Origin: Raillietiella orientalis
Taxonomy: Eukaryota
Reading direction: 5' to 3'
DNA: 64,000 nt
Assembly: GCA_036172245.1 (NCBI GenBank)
Contig: JAYWIR010000057.1
Span: forward strand, 186,001 to 250,000
The translations under genes were made by a program, and so were the position numbers. Shown here in pieces: positions 36,109-47,899 of the stretch. Below the pieces are notes generated by a model. That model saw nothing but the letters and a program-made list of their open reading frames with translations. It did not search any database and was not told the origin of the DNA. Every line of letters starts with the position of its first letter. Position 1 is the first letter of the stretch.

Positions 36109-39100
36109 ATCTGTTCTTTCGAGTCCCCGCTTCTGGTAGTTGTCCTTGCCGCTCCTTCGCCGTTCTTTTCCCCGCAGTTGCTGTTCTGCCACCGCGTTCA
36201 TCGAAGCGTCCGCGATGAAGGATCCTCCCTCACGCCCTCTTGAGCCCCCCTCACCGATCCCGGAAGGCAACCCTCCAGAAATTCCGAGCCACTCTCGCCG
36301 CCACGGGAGAGGCGTCGCGTGCCCTCACGCTGTGCACGAGGGATCGATACTTTTCTGAGCACGGGAGGCCTTCCGTGATTGGCTGCCTGGAGGGAAAGCG
36401 CCCTCGATGCGTCCTCCATTGGCTTCCTCTTGTCCGGAAGCGCAATTTCCAGACAGCGTGGCGCCCTCTTCTTGATTTCGGTCGCCGTCCTCCCTGGTCA
36501 GGATGGAGGCGTTCCCTACCGTAGCCTTCGGATCGTTCGGCGCCATCCGGGATTCCTCTTTCGGAAGCCCTGCCGCTGCTTTCGCCCGGTCATCAGCGCG
36601 AGCCCTGGAGCAGCATGGCTGCTGAGTACCGGCCGGGTCCTCGCATGCGGTACACAGTGCTGCTGTGGCTTACTCGCCGTCACTTCCCATGCGCATGCAT
36701 CGGTGGGGGCGGGAAAGAATCGGTCCTCCGCGAAACCACCGAGCAGAAACTCCGGGAGAGGCAAAGGAGGCTCCGAGGTCTCACGCAAGGGGTGTCGGTT
36801 GGCTTCGGTTGGCATCTGAGGTGACCCTCTTCCTTCACGACGATGCCATTGCCAACACTGTTGAGCACCACTGCCTCTTTCTCTACAAGAGGGTTTCCAT
36901 CCCCCGTTCCCGTCCGAAACGTCCTCTTCCACGAGGCACGCCGGCGGCGTTTCGGCGATTGTCGCCCTCGGGGGATTCTTCCCACGCGCGTGCTCCTTCG
37001 GCCACCTGGTGGGCGGAGTTGCGCGCGCGGAAGCCCTGCCGTTCCATCGGCCGACACATCCGCCCCGGGCCGACGAATTGCAGTGGCTTCCGCATCTGGA
37101 CTTCCCCCGGCAGGCACGGCGTTGCCGAGCAACCTTCCCTTGCAGAGAAAGCTGCGGGCGCTGGTTCGAGGTCGCCTCCATACGCCTCTCTTCTCCCTCC
37201 GCTAGCTCATGAGGCTTCTTTCCCTCTCGAGATGGAAGGCTGGCCGACCTTTTCCGGGAGGAGGCTCCGCGAGAGCGCAGCGTGAGGATATCTGCAAGTG
37301 GTCTCTCGAGAGTCTTCGGGAGAAGAACATTCGGTCCCCGAGGAGAGCATTCCAGGAAGAGAGGGGAGCACTTTGCATCGCGAGAGCCTAAAACCCGAAG
37401 GAGATGACTATGACGATTTTGCCCCACGTATTTTTCTGAACGCGTCTTTGGTGACCCTCGAGAGCTTTTCGTGGAAGACATCCTGCATGGGGACACCCAC
37501 TCCGTACCCACACGTAGTCCGCCTGCCAGTTTTTAGGCAACGGAAGTTCCCTGCAGAAGAAGACATTGCTGGAAGGCTGGAAGAGCGAGCGCGAGATCAC
37601 GAGACTGCTGCTGTGGGGTGCAACCTTGCGAGGTCGTGACTGCCGATGCATCCAAAGTGCCGCTGACCGGGAAGCCCGGCAACCATCCTTTTCTCCCCGC
37701 CTCTGGACCCGGCGGCGCTCCCTCCCCAGGTCGGGAGCTCTGAGCCTCAGTGGTGGGTGCTGCTGCGAGGCAGGTCGGTCCATTGTTCTTCGCGAGTCTG
37801 CGGACGCGAGATTTCTCGGGGACAAGAGCGTTCCGCTCCCACCTTCCCAAGCTGCTGGCCCTCCCTTTATCCCCATGGCACTTGATCTTCCATGAATGAG
37901 TTTGTTTTCCCTTCGAGTTCGATCCGTGGGCTGCTTCCCCCGGCCGGGACGAGGGCGCGTCATTGTCCCCTTCTGGAGGTGAAGTTTGACAACATTCCTT
38001 TGTCTTTCCTCAATCCTCTGACGTGGGATCCGTTTAATGCTCTTGCTGTTTCCCTGTTTCTTTTTTCCTAATGACCCTGAGCACTCTCGCTTTCAACTGC
38101 GCTGTGTGCGAGCCCGCCGGACGCCTTCCTCATGAGCTAACAAGAACAAGAAGAAGAAAGGCGAGTGTGGAGAGCGCGCTGTTGCACATTCGGCGGCTTC
38201 ATTGTACCGCCTGCTACTGCTGGTGGTTCTTGCGGTTTCCATTCACCCATGCTGCATATCGTGCGGGGCATCCACGTGGCTCGCCTGTTTTCGCTTTCTC
38301 TCTTGCATGGCACCACCGGCAAGAATGGACGACAACTCACGCCATCGAGCCACGACCTTTCTTTTATTCTTCTAGCAACTCTTCATCCTTGCTCTTTCAG
38401 ATCTTAGCAATTTTCTCCTCTTCTTCGACGTGCAGAAAGGTCCCTTTCGCGATGGCAGTCGGCCTCGCTTCTGACCTCAGGAATCCATGGAGATGGAGAG
38501 GTCCAGGGGTTTCAAAGCGGCATCTCCAGCCCTCTCGGGGAACTTCGCGGGTCCTCTTCACGAGCGGAGAGATGAGGGTGACGAAGGAGACGATCCTCGT
38601 CTCTGTCTTGAGAGAGGACGAAGCCAGAAGCTCTCCGAGGAAGGAACCGCCGTGCTCTTCCTGGAGCCGCCTTTCGGATCATCCAAAGTGACCCACAGTG
38701 GCTCCCAGCCCGGTCACGCCCCCGAGCGTGGAGAAAGCAAACGAGTCGGGTCACCCCGCAGCCGCCCTCCCGTGCGCGGCCGCCGTGCAAGTGACCTCCC
38801 TTCACTGCTCCCGGGGCTATACGTGGCCACACCTCGCGCTTGAACCCCCCAGGGAAGGCAGTGGAGAGTCCGTGCACCTGCGGGAGGAACCGCAAATTCT
38901 CCGGGCAGACCGCCCAGCCGAAGTGGGTAGGCGCGCGTGGGTCGCTCCCACCCAAGTGGGCGGACGGACGGTGGGGCTTCCCACGCCGGTCGAATCCGAT
39001 CGGAGCGACTTGGGTCAGCTCGCGGGGTCCCTATTCCGTTGCCGGGGAAACCCGGGGTACAGCTCCGTCTGCCGATCGACCGACACGTGCAACAAGAGAG

Positions 39101-40870
39101 TGCGACCCGTGCGGATCCTCTCGGCGGGCCGGGGTTGCCTCGAGACGGACGACCCCAGGGCATCCCCTGGGCCATCCCACCTCGTGTTGTCATCAGGGCT
39201 CTACCGGCCCTGCCGCGGAGGTCGAGCGCCGCGTCTGTGTGGCAGAAGACGATCGACCTGACATCGCAGGAACGTGCTGACCTCAGTGCTCTGTGAGAAG
39301 TGGTGCTTCCGGTCGATGGGTCACTGAGAAGTGTTGCGACACGGAAAAGGGAGCCCGAAGTCCTTCGGGAGAAGACACTGAGCTATTGTCTCCACCCCCG
39401 ACGTCCCTTTGCTCAGGAGCGAGGGGTGGTGGCGTCCGCCGGCTCGCAAGCGGCGGACGCCACCACAGGCAGCGTCGCCGCGCCTGGGGAAGAGGATCGG
39501 ATCGTCTGGCGACCTCGGCAGCCGATGCATGGGAGGCAGTAGGGGAGGTGTGAAACGGCGGGAGGAACCACGCGAAGAGCGGGCACCACGCGTGTCGGCG
39601 CGCTTCGTGCAGAGGGATGGGCGCGACGTCCCGCCGGGATGGCTGCCGCGTGTCGAATGCAGTTCGGCTCGGAGAGGCAGCATCGACTCGCGGGCCGTAA
39701 AGGATCCTCGGGCAACGTGGTGATTGATAGATACGCCAGGAGGGCGCATCCGCCTTTCAGCTATCGGAGGTGCTCGGCCGAGAGCGGCGTCTGCCGTCCC
39801 AGTTCTGGACCCGGAGTCAAATCATGCCTGATGCCACCGGAAGCCTCTCCCTCACTCCCGTCTCAGGAATTCACCCCAGCATGGCCTCCTCCGAGTCTTC
39901 CGGGAGGTTACTGATGCCTCCGGGTGAATGGCGGTCTGGCGCCTCTCCAGACTCCTTGTGTTCCTCCTCCTTCCATCCTCGGAAGATTCAACGCCTCTTC
40001 GGCTCATGGCAGGGTCAGTCGGCACAGGAAATCCCACTCGGAGGAGGTTCCTCGCGCCGGTTCTCCCACGTTCCTTCCGCTTCCGTCCGAGCAATGGGAG
40101 GGAATCGTCTCCAAGCGCTAGCTGCAGTGGCTGCGGAGGACGGTTGCCATGACGTCCCGGATGGAACCGCGACCTTATCGATCGTTCCCACCCAGTACTT
40201 CGGCGCCACGTACGACCGGCCCCCAGGTCGGACCGTCCCTACTTCCGGGTGTTTTCTGTTTCCTCACCGACCTCCGCTGCCCGCTTTCGCGGACACGGCG
40301 TGCTTCCTGAATAAAAACATGCGTGGTTGAGACACCACCTTCCTGCGCGGTCCATCGGGGGTTGTTCGAGGAGGTTAGCTTTCTCTTTCGTTCGGCCCGG
40401 AGGCGACTGCCCTGCGCCGTCTTCTTGGACGGTTCCGGAAGGAAGGGGAGTTCCTTACTGGTATGCCAAAACGCCCCGAAACCCGGGAAGGGCAGAGTTG
40501 GCCAACGACCCGTGCCCGGGCATTTCTCCCGCGCGATGCAGTGGCACTTGTTCCAAGACTGCGTCCTCTTCCCAGGAAGACTACGCCTCCTCCTGTCTTC
40601 CTGCAGGGAGTTGGTTTCTGGAAAACTAGGATCGGGTGTTCGGCAGATGATCAGCCGAGAACTCGCCCTGCAGCGTTCCTCCCCGGAACTCCTTCCGCCA
40701 CTCCTCCAGCTCCAGGGATAAGGGGGCGACGGTTCCCTCCCGCTCATTCAGCAGTCCCGCTGTCTTTCGCTGCCTGCAACGAGATGAACCTCGGTTCGGA
40801 TGCTGGGAAAGGTCGCTCCTGAGCGGTTTAGCTGGCACGAGTAGAGTCCACACTTCCGGTAGACGATTCT
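35500..40870 (+). mobile_element. Degenerate Helitron Rep/helicase relic, interrupted at ~37900-39300
   Basis: Collinear residual motifs: QKRGLPH-like (~36884-36903); HGPC and GxCxxxFP-like (~37050-37140); IFLNASLVTLESFSWK...HVVRLPV (cf. YLDARYVSxxEAxWRI...VxRLPVH) in ORF 37298-37639; PIF1 Walker-A-like VFLDGSGRKG at ~40420-40450. Confidence 0.62.
38687..39299 (-). repeat. Right arm of 613-bp inverted repeat (partner 35496-36108)
   Basis: Same evidence as the left arm; spacer 2578 bp. Confidence 0.97.
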
Positions 40871-41221
40871 TTGTCGCGAATCTATCTTCCTCCTTCTGAC
40901 CCCTTTTCCTTTCCTTTCTCGTAGTCTTTCGGCGATCGGAGTGGACTATCTGTCCTACGGAGGCTGCTACCGGAACTGCCTGGGCAGAGGAGGATCATAC
41001 AGTGGAGGCGAGCGCTGCGCGGTCCAGGGAAGACGTTCGTCCCTCAGTCTCACCCTCCTGCTTTTGCGACGCCTTTTCGTGAGTGCCTCACTGCTACCAG
41101 CCGCGTCCCTCGCAGCTGCTTCTGCCGTTCCGTGGGATCGTGGCGGCCAAGAAGGAAGAATAGGTCGGAATTGAAGACCTCGAAAACCTTCTTGAAAGCC
41201 GCCACATGATGGTCCCGCCTT

Positions 41222-42193
41222 GGAGGCCATATGGTCGCGGTCACTGCGCGTGGTGCCGAGTGTCGTGGGTTCAAATCCCCATTCGGAGGATCGACGCCAG
41301 AGAAATCGGAGGTGCGTCGTCGGTTTCGAGTCCCCCCCGCAAGATGACACTGGCTGGTCTGAAGTCTTCGGGTGCGACACCGGTGAAAGCCGGACGTTCC
41401 GTTGGCCAGGACTGGGAGGGGTCCTTCCAAGAATCAAGGAGTCGGTTCCCTTCTGGATTTCGCCTCCGGTTGTGAAAATGGAGCTGCCACCCCCCCTTCC
41501 TCCATCCCCTTGTGGGGGGACCTCCATCTCCTACTACGGTGGTGGATTGATACCTCTCTAGAGTGTCAACAAGTGAGCTGCACCCTTCGGGAAAGCGCCC
41601 TTCAGAGAAATCAGGAAGCGTCCCTTCGTTGTTCTCTCCAGAGGAGTAAAAACAAGGAGCGGCTCCCTCACGGGTTCCCCCTGGAAAAGAAAAAAATGGA
41701 GCAGCCCCGTATGGGGCGTCCCTTCGGGGAGAATAAGGAAGAGGTTCCCTTCAGGGTCCCCTTCGGAGACAACTAGGGTGGAGGGTTCCCTTCCAAGAGT
41801 GAGAGGACCAGACTCCTTCCTCAGAGCCCTTCCTGGATTCATAGGGTGGTCCCCTCCCAGGATACCCTTAGGCAACGTGCGGAGCGAACTTGCCAGCTTC
41901 CTGGATAGGATGCAGGGGACGCATCGCCGCGAGCAGGGATCCGTTCCTCGTTTCTCCCCCTCCCTTCCTTTCCCTTCCCGAAAAAAACTTTCCCGCCCTT
42001 TTTTTTGTTTGTTTCTTTTCGTTTTCGGTTTTCCCTTCTTCCCTTTCGCTGCCGAAGTAGACCTTGCCGGTCGACATACCGGTCTTTGGCAGCTTCAGTG
42101 CACGTGATAGCACCAGCTGTTCTACCACCGAATTGCATTTATTATTACTGTATTTTTATTGTTATTTTTATTATTTATTTTTATTATTATTAT
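41222..42193 (+). mobile_element. tRNA-headed SINE copy (tail type B, ending in (TTA)n-like low complexity)
   Basis: B box ggttcaaatcc 41268-41278; shared body; tail 41870-42135 is homologous to the reverse complement of ~52900-53160. Confidence 0.8.
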
Positions 42194-43164
42194 TGTTCAC
42201 GGCGAAGCTGGGTTTCCTGTTTATGGGTGCTCCGTGGGAGTGCACCTCAGGTGCTCGAATCAGTTGAGCGAGAGGAATCCTCGAAGCGAGGGACCAAAGG
42301 CCCAAGTGAGTAAACGTCCACAGTGAAGATGCTTTCCATCTCCCCCCCCCCCTCCCCTCCTTCCCCCCGTCGACATGGTTACCACAATCGTTTCTGCGGA
42401 TGCTGTGGCCATTTGGTCTCGTTTCTCCTCCTTCGGTACCGCGTAAACTGTTGAACTATCCATTCAGAAGCGTCGGAGAAAGGTCCTTTTCATACTATAG
42501 AGAAAGGGAGTCAGTGACCCTGACTCACGTCTTTCAAGGTCAGAATGCTCACTCGAAAAATCCTCTGCGGACAGAACGCACGGTAGCCTTGCGGTTTCGG
42601 TCTTGGAACTTTTGATCGTGGGATCGCAGACGCAGCCCGGTCGGAGATTTTGGCTTTCTCTGGCTTCACCCCATGCTTGATTCAGCCGGATGCTTCCCGT
42701 TGCTATCTGCGACTGCCATCTTGGCGCATCCCTCGGTCACGGATGCAAATCGATCCCTCAATCTCACCCTCTGGCACATCGTCACAGGAGCGCGCACGTG
42801 CACCCCAATTTGTTCTCGTTTCGTGGGCCAAGTGACTTCAGCCCTACCTCCGTGGAGGGGCTCCTCATCGCCGGACCATCCGCACGCGCCAAATCGGTGC
42901 TCTTCAGCGCACGACTTCTTCGCCCCGTGAAACGTTCGTAGACTCATGCCGACAGTCTTTGCTTAAAACGAGCTGGAATCTTTGTGTGTCTCTGGGGGAG
43001 GAGGATAAGGTTGATCCAAACTGGCCGACCGTACGCTTCTGGAGTGCTCTATGAGAACTGGAACCAGGAAATCTTCGGATGTTGAGTTCCTTTCGCCTCT
43101 CCTTGCACTCTAGGAAGGCTGATCTTTCTAGAAGCATACAAAATCTCCCCTCCGTGGACACGGG

Positions 43165-43641
43165 AGCTTTTTCGGGTTTTCTTCTTTTGGGTTCGCTGAG
43201 TGCTGGAGAACCGTTCGCCTCCTTAGGAAGGGGGCGGAAAGTCACGAAATCTTTCACATTGTCCACGCCACCAGAAGGTGGATGGGCTCTTAAAACCAAG
43301 GGGCAGCCCCAGAGAGACCATCCTATGAACCCAGAAAGGCTCCGGAGGAAGGAGTCTGTTCCTCTGTTACTCTTGGGAGGGAACCCCGAAGGGAACCGAC
43401 CCCTTGATTCCTGGATGGACCCCAGAGGGTGAACTTCCATTCCCGGTCAGTCAACGTGGTCATCTGGCTCTCACTAGTGCGGCACTCGAAGACTGCAGGC
43501 CAACCAGCATCGTCCTGCAGGGGGGACTCCTGACCCACGACGCACCCCCTTTTTTCTCTGGGGTCGACCCTTTCCCAGGTGGTATTCGAACCCGCAACGC
43601 CTGGTACCACCACGCTCTCAGACGGCAGCCGCACGGCCGTC
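43165..43641 (-). mobile_element. tRNA-headed SINE copy (tail type A, internally shortened)
   Basis: B box attcgaacc ~43584; shared body and tail A. Confidence 0.8.
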
Positions 43642-44160
43642 AAGGTGGGCGCGTGGCTGCGGTCCTCGTGAAAACCGCCATCCTCATGATGGTTTGCTCA
43701 CCATAAAGCAATTCATGAAATCTCCCTGGCAGAAGAGTGGCCTCTGCTGATTTTTCCTCCTGTGGAGCACGGCGCGGGAAATGACAAGCGTCAACTCGGG
43801 AGATGTATGCAAAGTGCATGTGGGTGTTTTCAGATGTTGCTGCGGAAGACGGGAGCATCCTTTGGATTCTTCCCGTACCTTGGAGAGTTAAATCAAATCC
43901 TTCCGTGGCGTGCAGATCACTGAAGTGGCGTTGCGTTCTGCTGGAGTTGTGCTGAATCGCCACGCTTGCCTTCCACGACGGAAGCTTTGATCGAGGCACC
44001 CTGAGGTGGCCGTGGCTCCACGAGTGGAACGCCCACTTCCGAGTCGAGTCGACATCGTGGTGTGCCCTTCCTTTGCAGTGTTGAAACACAGCGCAGCGTT
44101 TCAGCATCTTTCGCTGCAGGTGAAAACACCTTCTTGTTTCTACGGCAACGGCAAATAGAT

Positions 44161-44252
44161 ACCCGTTTCTCGGAGGGCCGACTTTTCCCCGGGTGGGATT
44201 CGAACCCTCAAAGCTTCGTGCCACACGCGGAGACTGCAGCCGCACGGCTGCC
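44161..44252 (-). mobile_element. SINE tRNA-like head only
   Basis: gggtgggattcgaaccc...ccacacgcggagactgcagccgcacggc matches the family head. Confidence 0.7.
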
Positions 44253-47200
44253 GACTCGAACACTGGAGTTCTTTTGTCATTTTCGGAAGGTCATAGGTTG
44301 GTGGTCGGGATTCCCCATTCCGTTTGGAAATTTATTCACTTTATTTTTTTCTGTTTTTGTTTTTTAAAAAAACAGGAGTAGCCCCTAAGTGAAACAGATG
44401 TGTGTTCTAAAAGGATTCTTATCCTTTACGCTCTGCAACCCGATCCTAAGCTTTCAGCCTTCCCTTCTTTTTTTAATCCCCGCAGCGTTTTGCGGTGATG
44501 GAGTGCCATGTGCAGAATCTGCCTCGGCCTTCCGAATCCCCTGGTGAAAGAATGGAACCGGGATTGCATGCGTTGTGCCGGAGAGTATGGGAGAATCGGA
44601 ATTCTGCTGACTACTTGGGGCCGGGACGTCCAGAACGCAAGATGGCGCGTTCCCCGCCCGCCCTGCTGCTGCACGACTATCCGAATCCTCTCGTTTCCTC
44701 TCGACGGACCCTCAGACCGGGGAAGGGAGGAGCAGGAACTCTGGATTTCAACGGGAGGGGAGGAGGAAGAGGATCTGTACCTAAAATGACCGACCCCACG
44801 ACCAGGCGAAAAGGCGAATTATGCGTTAGAATGGAGACCAGAGAAAACTCCGGTCATCAACCGTAGGACAGGAGGTCCTCGGTGCTTGTGGGAAACAAAC
44901 TCCTGGCACTTCCGCTGACCTGAAAGCTGTGCGCAGAGGCACGTCCCGCCGTGTGAACGGCACTTCCGCGCAGCCCTCCGCGCGCCGGCTGCTGCCGCTG
45001 AAAGAGCTCGAACGTCAGCGCGCACATACGCAGCAGCGGCGGCGCCGTTGGTTCCACCCACGATAAATTAAACGTTCTGTAAGAAATTCCAAAATGTAAA
45101 CCTAATCCTGGTCGCTCCAAGTCAAAACAGGGACTCCCCCTGTCATCTCACTCACGATTAAAAATAGAACTCTGTGAGTGATGAAGCAATTTAGAGGACT
45201 CAGTCCTCTTTGCGACAAGAACTAGGTGGTTCGGGAGCGCGCTAACGCTGCAATCGATCGCGGGCATCGCGTCAGCAATTTAGCAAGCGAATTTTTTATT
45301 TTTTTCCCCTTTTCCAGGTATCCTTCTCGAGGAGTTGAGAACCTCCGAGAGATCTGAACTCAGATGACAAACGAAGAAGGCGGATGCTTCCTCTTCCCTC
45401 CCCCCCCCCTCTCTCTCTCTCTCTCCTTTTCGTTTCTTCTCCTAGAAAAATGTATCTTCGGCAAGAACGGTTGCACGAGCTTGTGGTCTGAGGGAGACGA
45501 ATGGTAAAAATATCAACTTGTCCACGGCCTCGCAAGACAAAAGTAGCTAAAGTTCCGAGGGAGCTTTGAATAATGTTTTCTCCTCTCCGAAAACACCGTG
45601 CCAAGAATTCCTGAATGGGCCTGGATTTCCTTTCTACAACAAACTCTGGAACAGACGTTTCTAATTTATTGTTGACAAGCTTGCTTTATTATTTTGTTCT
45701 AGGTTTGGTTCGGTTATTTCCGTTTTCTGCGCTCCTCTGTCTTCGCTGGGTTTCGGAACCATCCATCATTCGGAATGCCCATGCTGAACCTCCCTGTGAC
45801 ACCTTCGATCTGATGCTCTCAGCTTCGAGCCGCCTGATTCCCGTACTTCATGAATGAATCAGGTGCCGGCACATGGAACTTTGTTTGCATCTGGTGGAGG
45901 AGAACGCTCGCGCCTGCATCTCGCTTGCGCCGTGCTCCAGGTGCCGATGGAGCAGCGGTGCTTCTCGGTTGCCGGGATGCGAGTGCATTCTGTGGAGTCT
46001 GATCGCACGCAACCCGCTCCCGGAGGCGCGCGAACGTAGAGGGAGCGCGAACTTCTCGACTCTTTCTGCGCCTTTTCGTGTCGCAGAGACGTCTGCACCT
46101 GCGTGTTCGTGAAGAAGCGCAAAGGTCCAGCAGCAAAGTGATGAAATTCCCCAACCGAAGAACTATTATTGCTCTTCATTCATTACCACTGACGTTATTT
46201 CTCGCTTAAGGGTCAGCTTGCTTCCGGTGGTACTGCTCAACGGACCGCATGATCTGACCATGTTTGTGCGTGGCTGCTTACCATCGTGGGGAGGATCGCC
46301 ACGTTTTGCAGACGGTTCCGGCTGGAACGCTCATCCAGCGGTCTCAAGAACGGCCAGGCTCATTTGCGAAAACCAGAACCACGAATTTCCCAAGCAAGAG
46401 GTCGCCATGAGCGAATCGTTCGTAGATTTAGAGGATGAGCTTGGATGGCATCCAGAGTTTTCCAAGACCGGCATTATTTTTAGATATTCCAAAAACAACA
46501 GAAGGCCCACTGTTCATCCTGGACGCCATGATGCAGCCGGGGAACGCTTAAATCCGCCTGTGAACGCCCGCACCCCAGCAAAAAAAAAAAAAAAAAAATG
46601 ATATCGAACGGCGCTGGAAGAATCCAGAAACCAAAACACGGCCTCTCGAAGCCTGAAGAGGGAAAGAAAACATTTCCCGACTGTCACTCGGTGGGCTTTT
46701 CCTGATTGCTAATTGCAATTATCTGGACGATTTCAGTCATGTACGAAAGGGAAGTTCTCGGAGCTCTGGTTTCACGGCGCGGCAGAACCTCCTTGTCTGC
46801 GGTGCGGTCTCCCGCTGTGACGCGGAGCACTTGCCACTGTAGGGACAAATGACATTCAAAGTGCAAGTTGGAACCATGCTTTTTAGGGGGGGGGGGGGAA
46901 AGAACACACATGTACATACATGTACATATACCATTTTCTTCATCTCTACCTCATTCTTCGAAAATGGGAGCATAAGTTTAGCAGCCGGATGCGCCTCCTG
47001 CGCCAAGAGATTCTGCCGGATTCGGCTGGGGAGGAGAAAGCCTGTCGATAAAACAGGCGAGAGTAACCAGCCGTGACCAAAGGATGAGTACTCTGCATGC
47101 GGGGTAAGGAACAGAAAACAAGGACATAAATTTCCCGGGATTTCTGAGTTAAACGTTTGGAGAGCAAAGCAGGGAAGGGCATTAAAGGCTCGAAAGATAA

Positions 47201-47899
47201 TGGTCGACGCGTACTTTTTGCACCTCCTGCGCACATGCAAGTCTCTGGAAGTTTCTTCGTGACCCGTGCCCTCGGGGACACGCAACCCACCACCGCCATG
47301 TGTCCCAGACAGAAGACGGAAGATTCGAACGCCACTTTGCTTTCGCGTGCCTCAGTATGCGGGGAAGAAGGAAGAAGAACAAGAAAAAAAAAAAAAAAAA
47401 TCGGAATGAATTGGAACGCGTTCCGTGCTCTGCACGCAAAGTGTGCGGGCACTTTGGCGTGCCGATGGTGCACTCGACTGCCGGCGCTCCGAGAAAAGCG
47501 GTGGTTCTTCTTGCTTAGAGCGAGCTGGTTCTCTCTCACGCCCCGGGGGAAAAGATCCTCGACCAAAGGCGCCCGCGCGCGAGGCACATCTTGGCGAACT
47601 CTCTTCGAAATCCGATTTCCGGCGCGTTTTCTCGGAGCCGGAGGACCCCCGGAGCCCTTCCAGAGCCGCAGCAAAAAACGCCGTCTTTGTCCGCGGTTTT
47701 GCCCCGTTCGCGAACACGCCTCCTGCGATCTTGAAATTTCGGGAACTTGTCGGTGAAAAGAGGGCGCAGCCTGGAAGCTCTCCCCGCCGCACGCCCTTTG
47801 CACGGGCGAACGGTCGGCGACAAAAAGAGCTTGAAAAGGAGCCTTGTGCCGTCGGATGCTCTGTCGGAGTAAGCTATAATCACCGCAAGTGTAAAGTGC

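Noticed and set aside
38694..39295. Transib/RSS-like ends (CACAGTG ... CTCTGTG) within the inverted-repeat arm
   Set aside because: No 5-bp target-site duplication, and arm identity extends beyond these heptamers.
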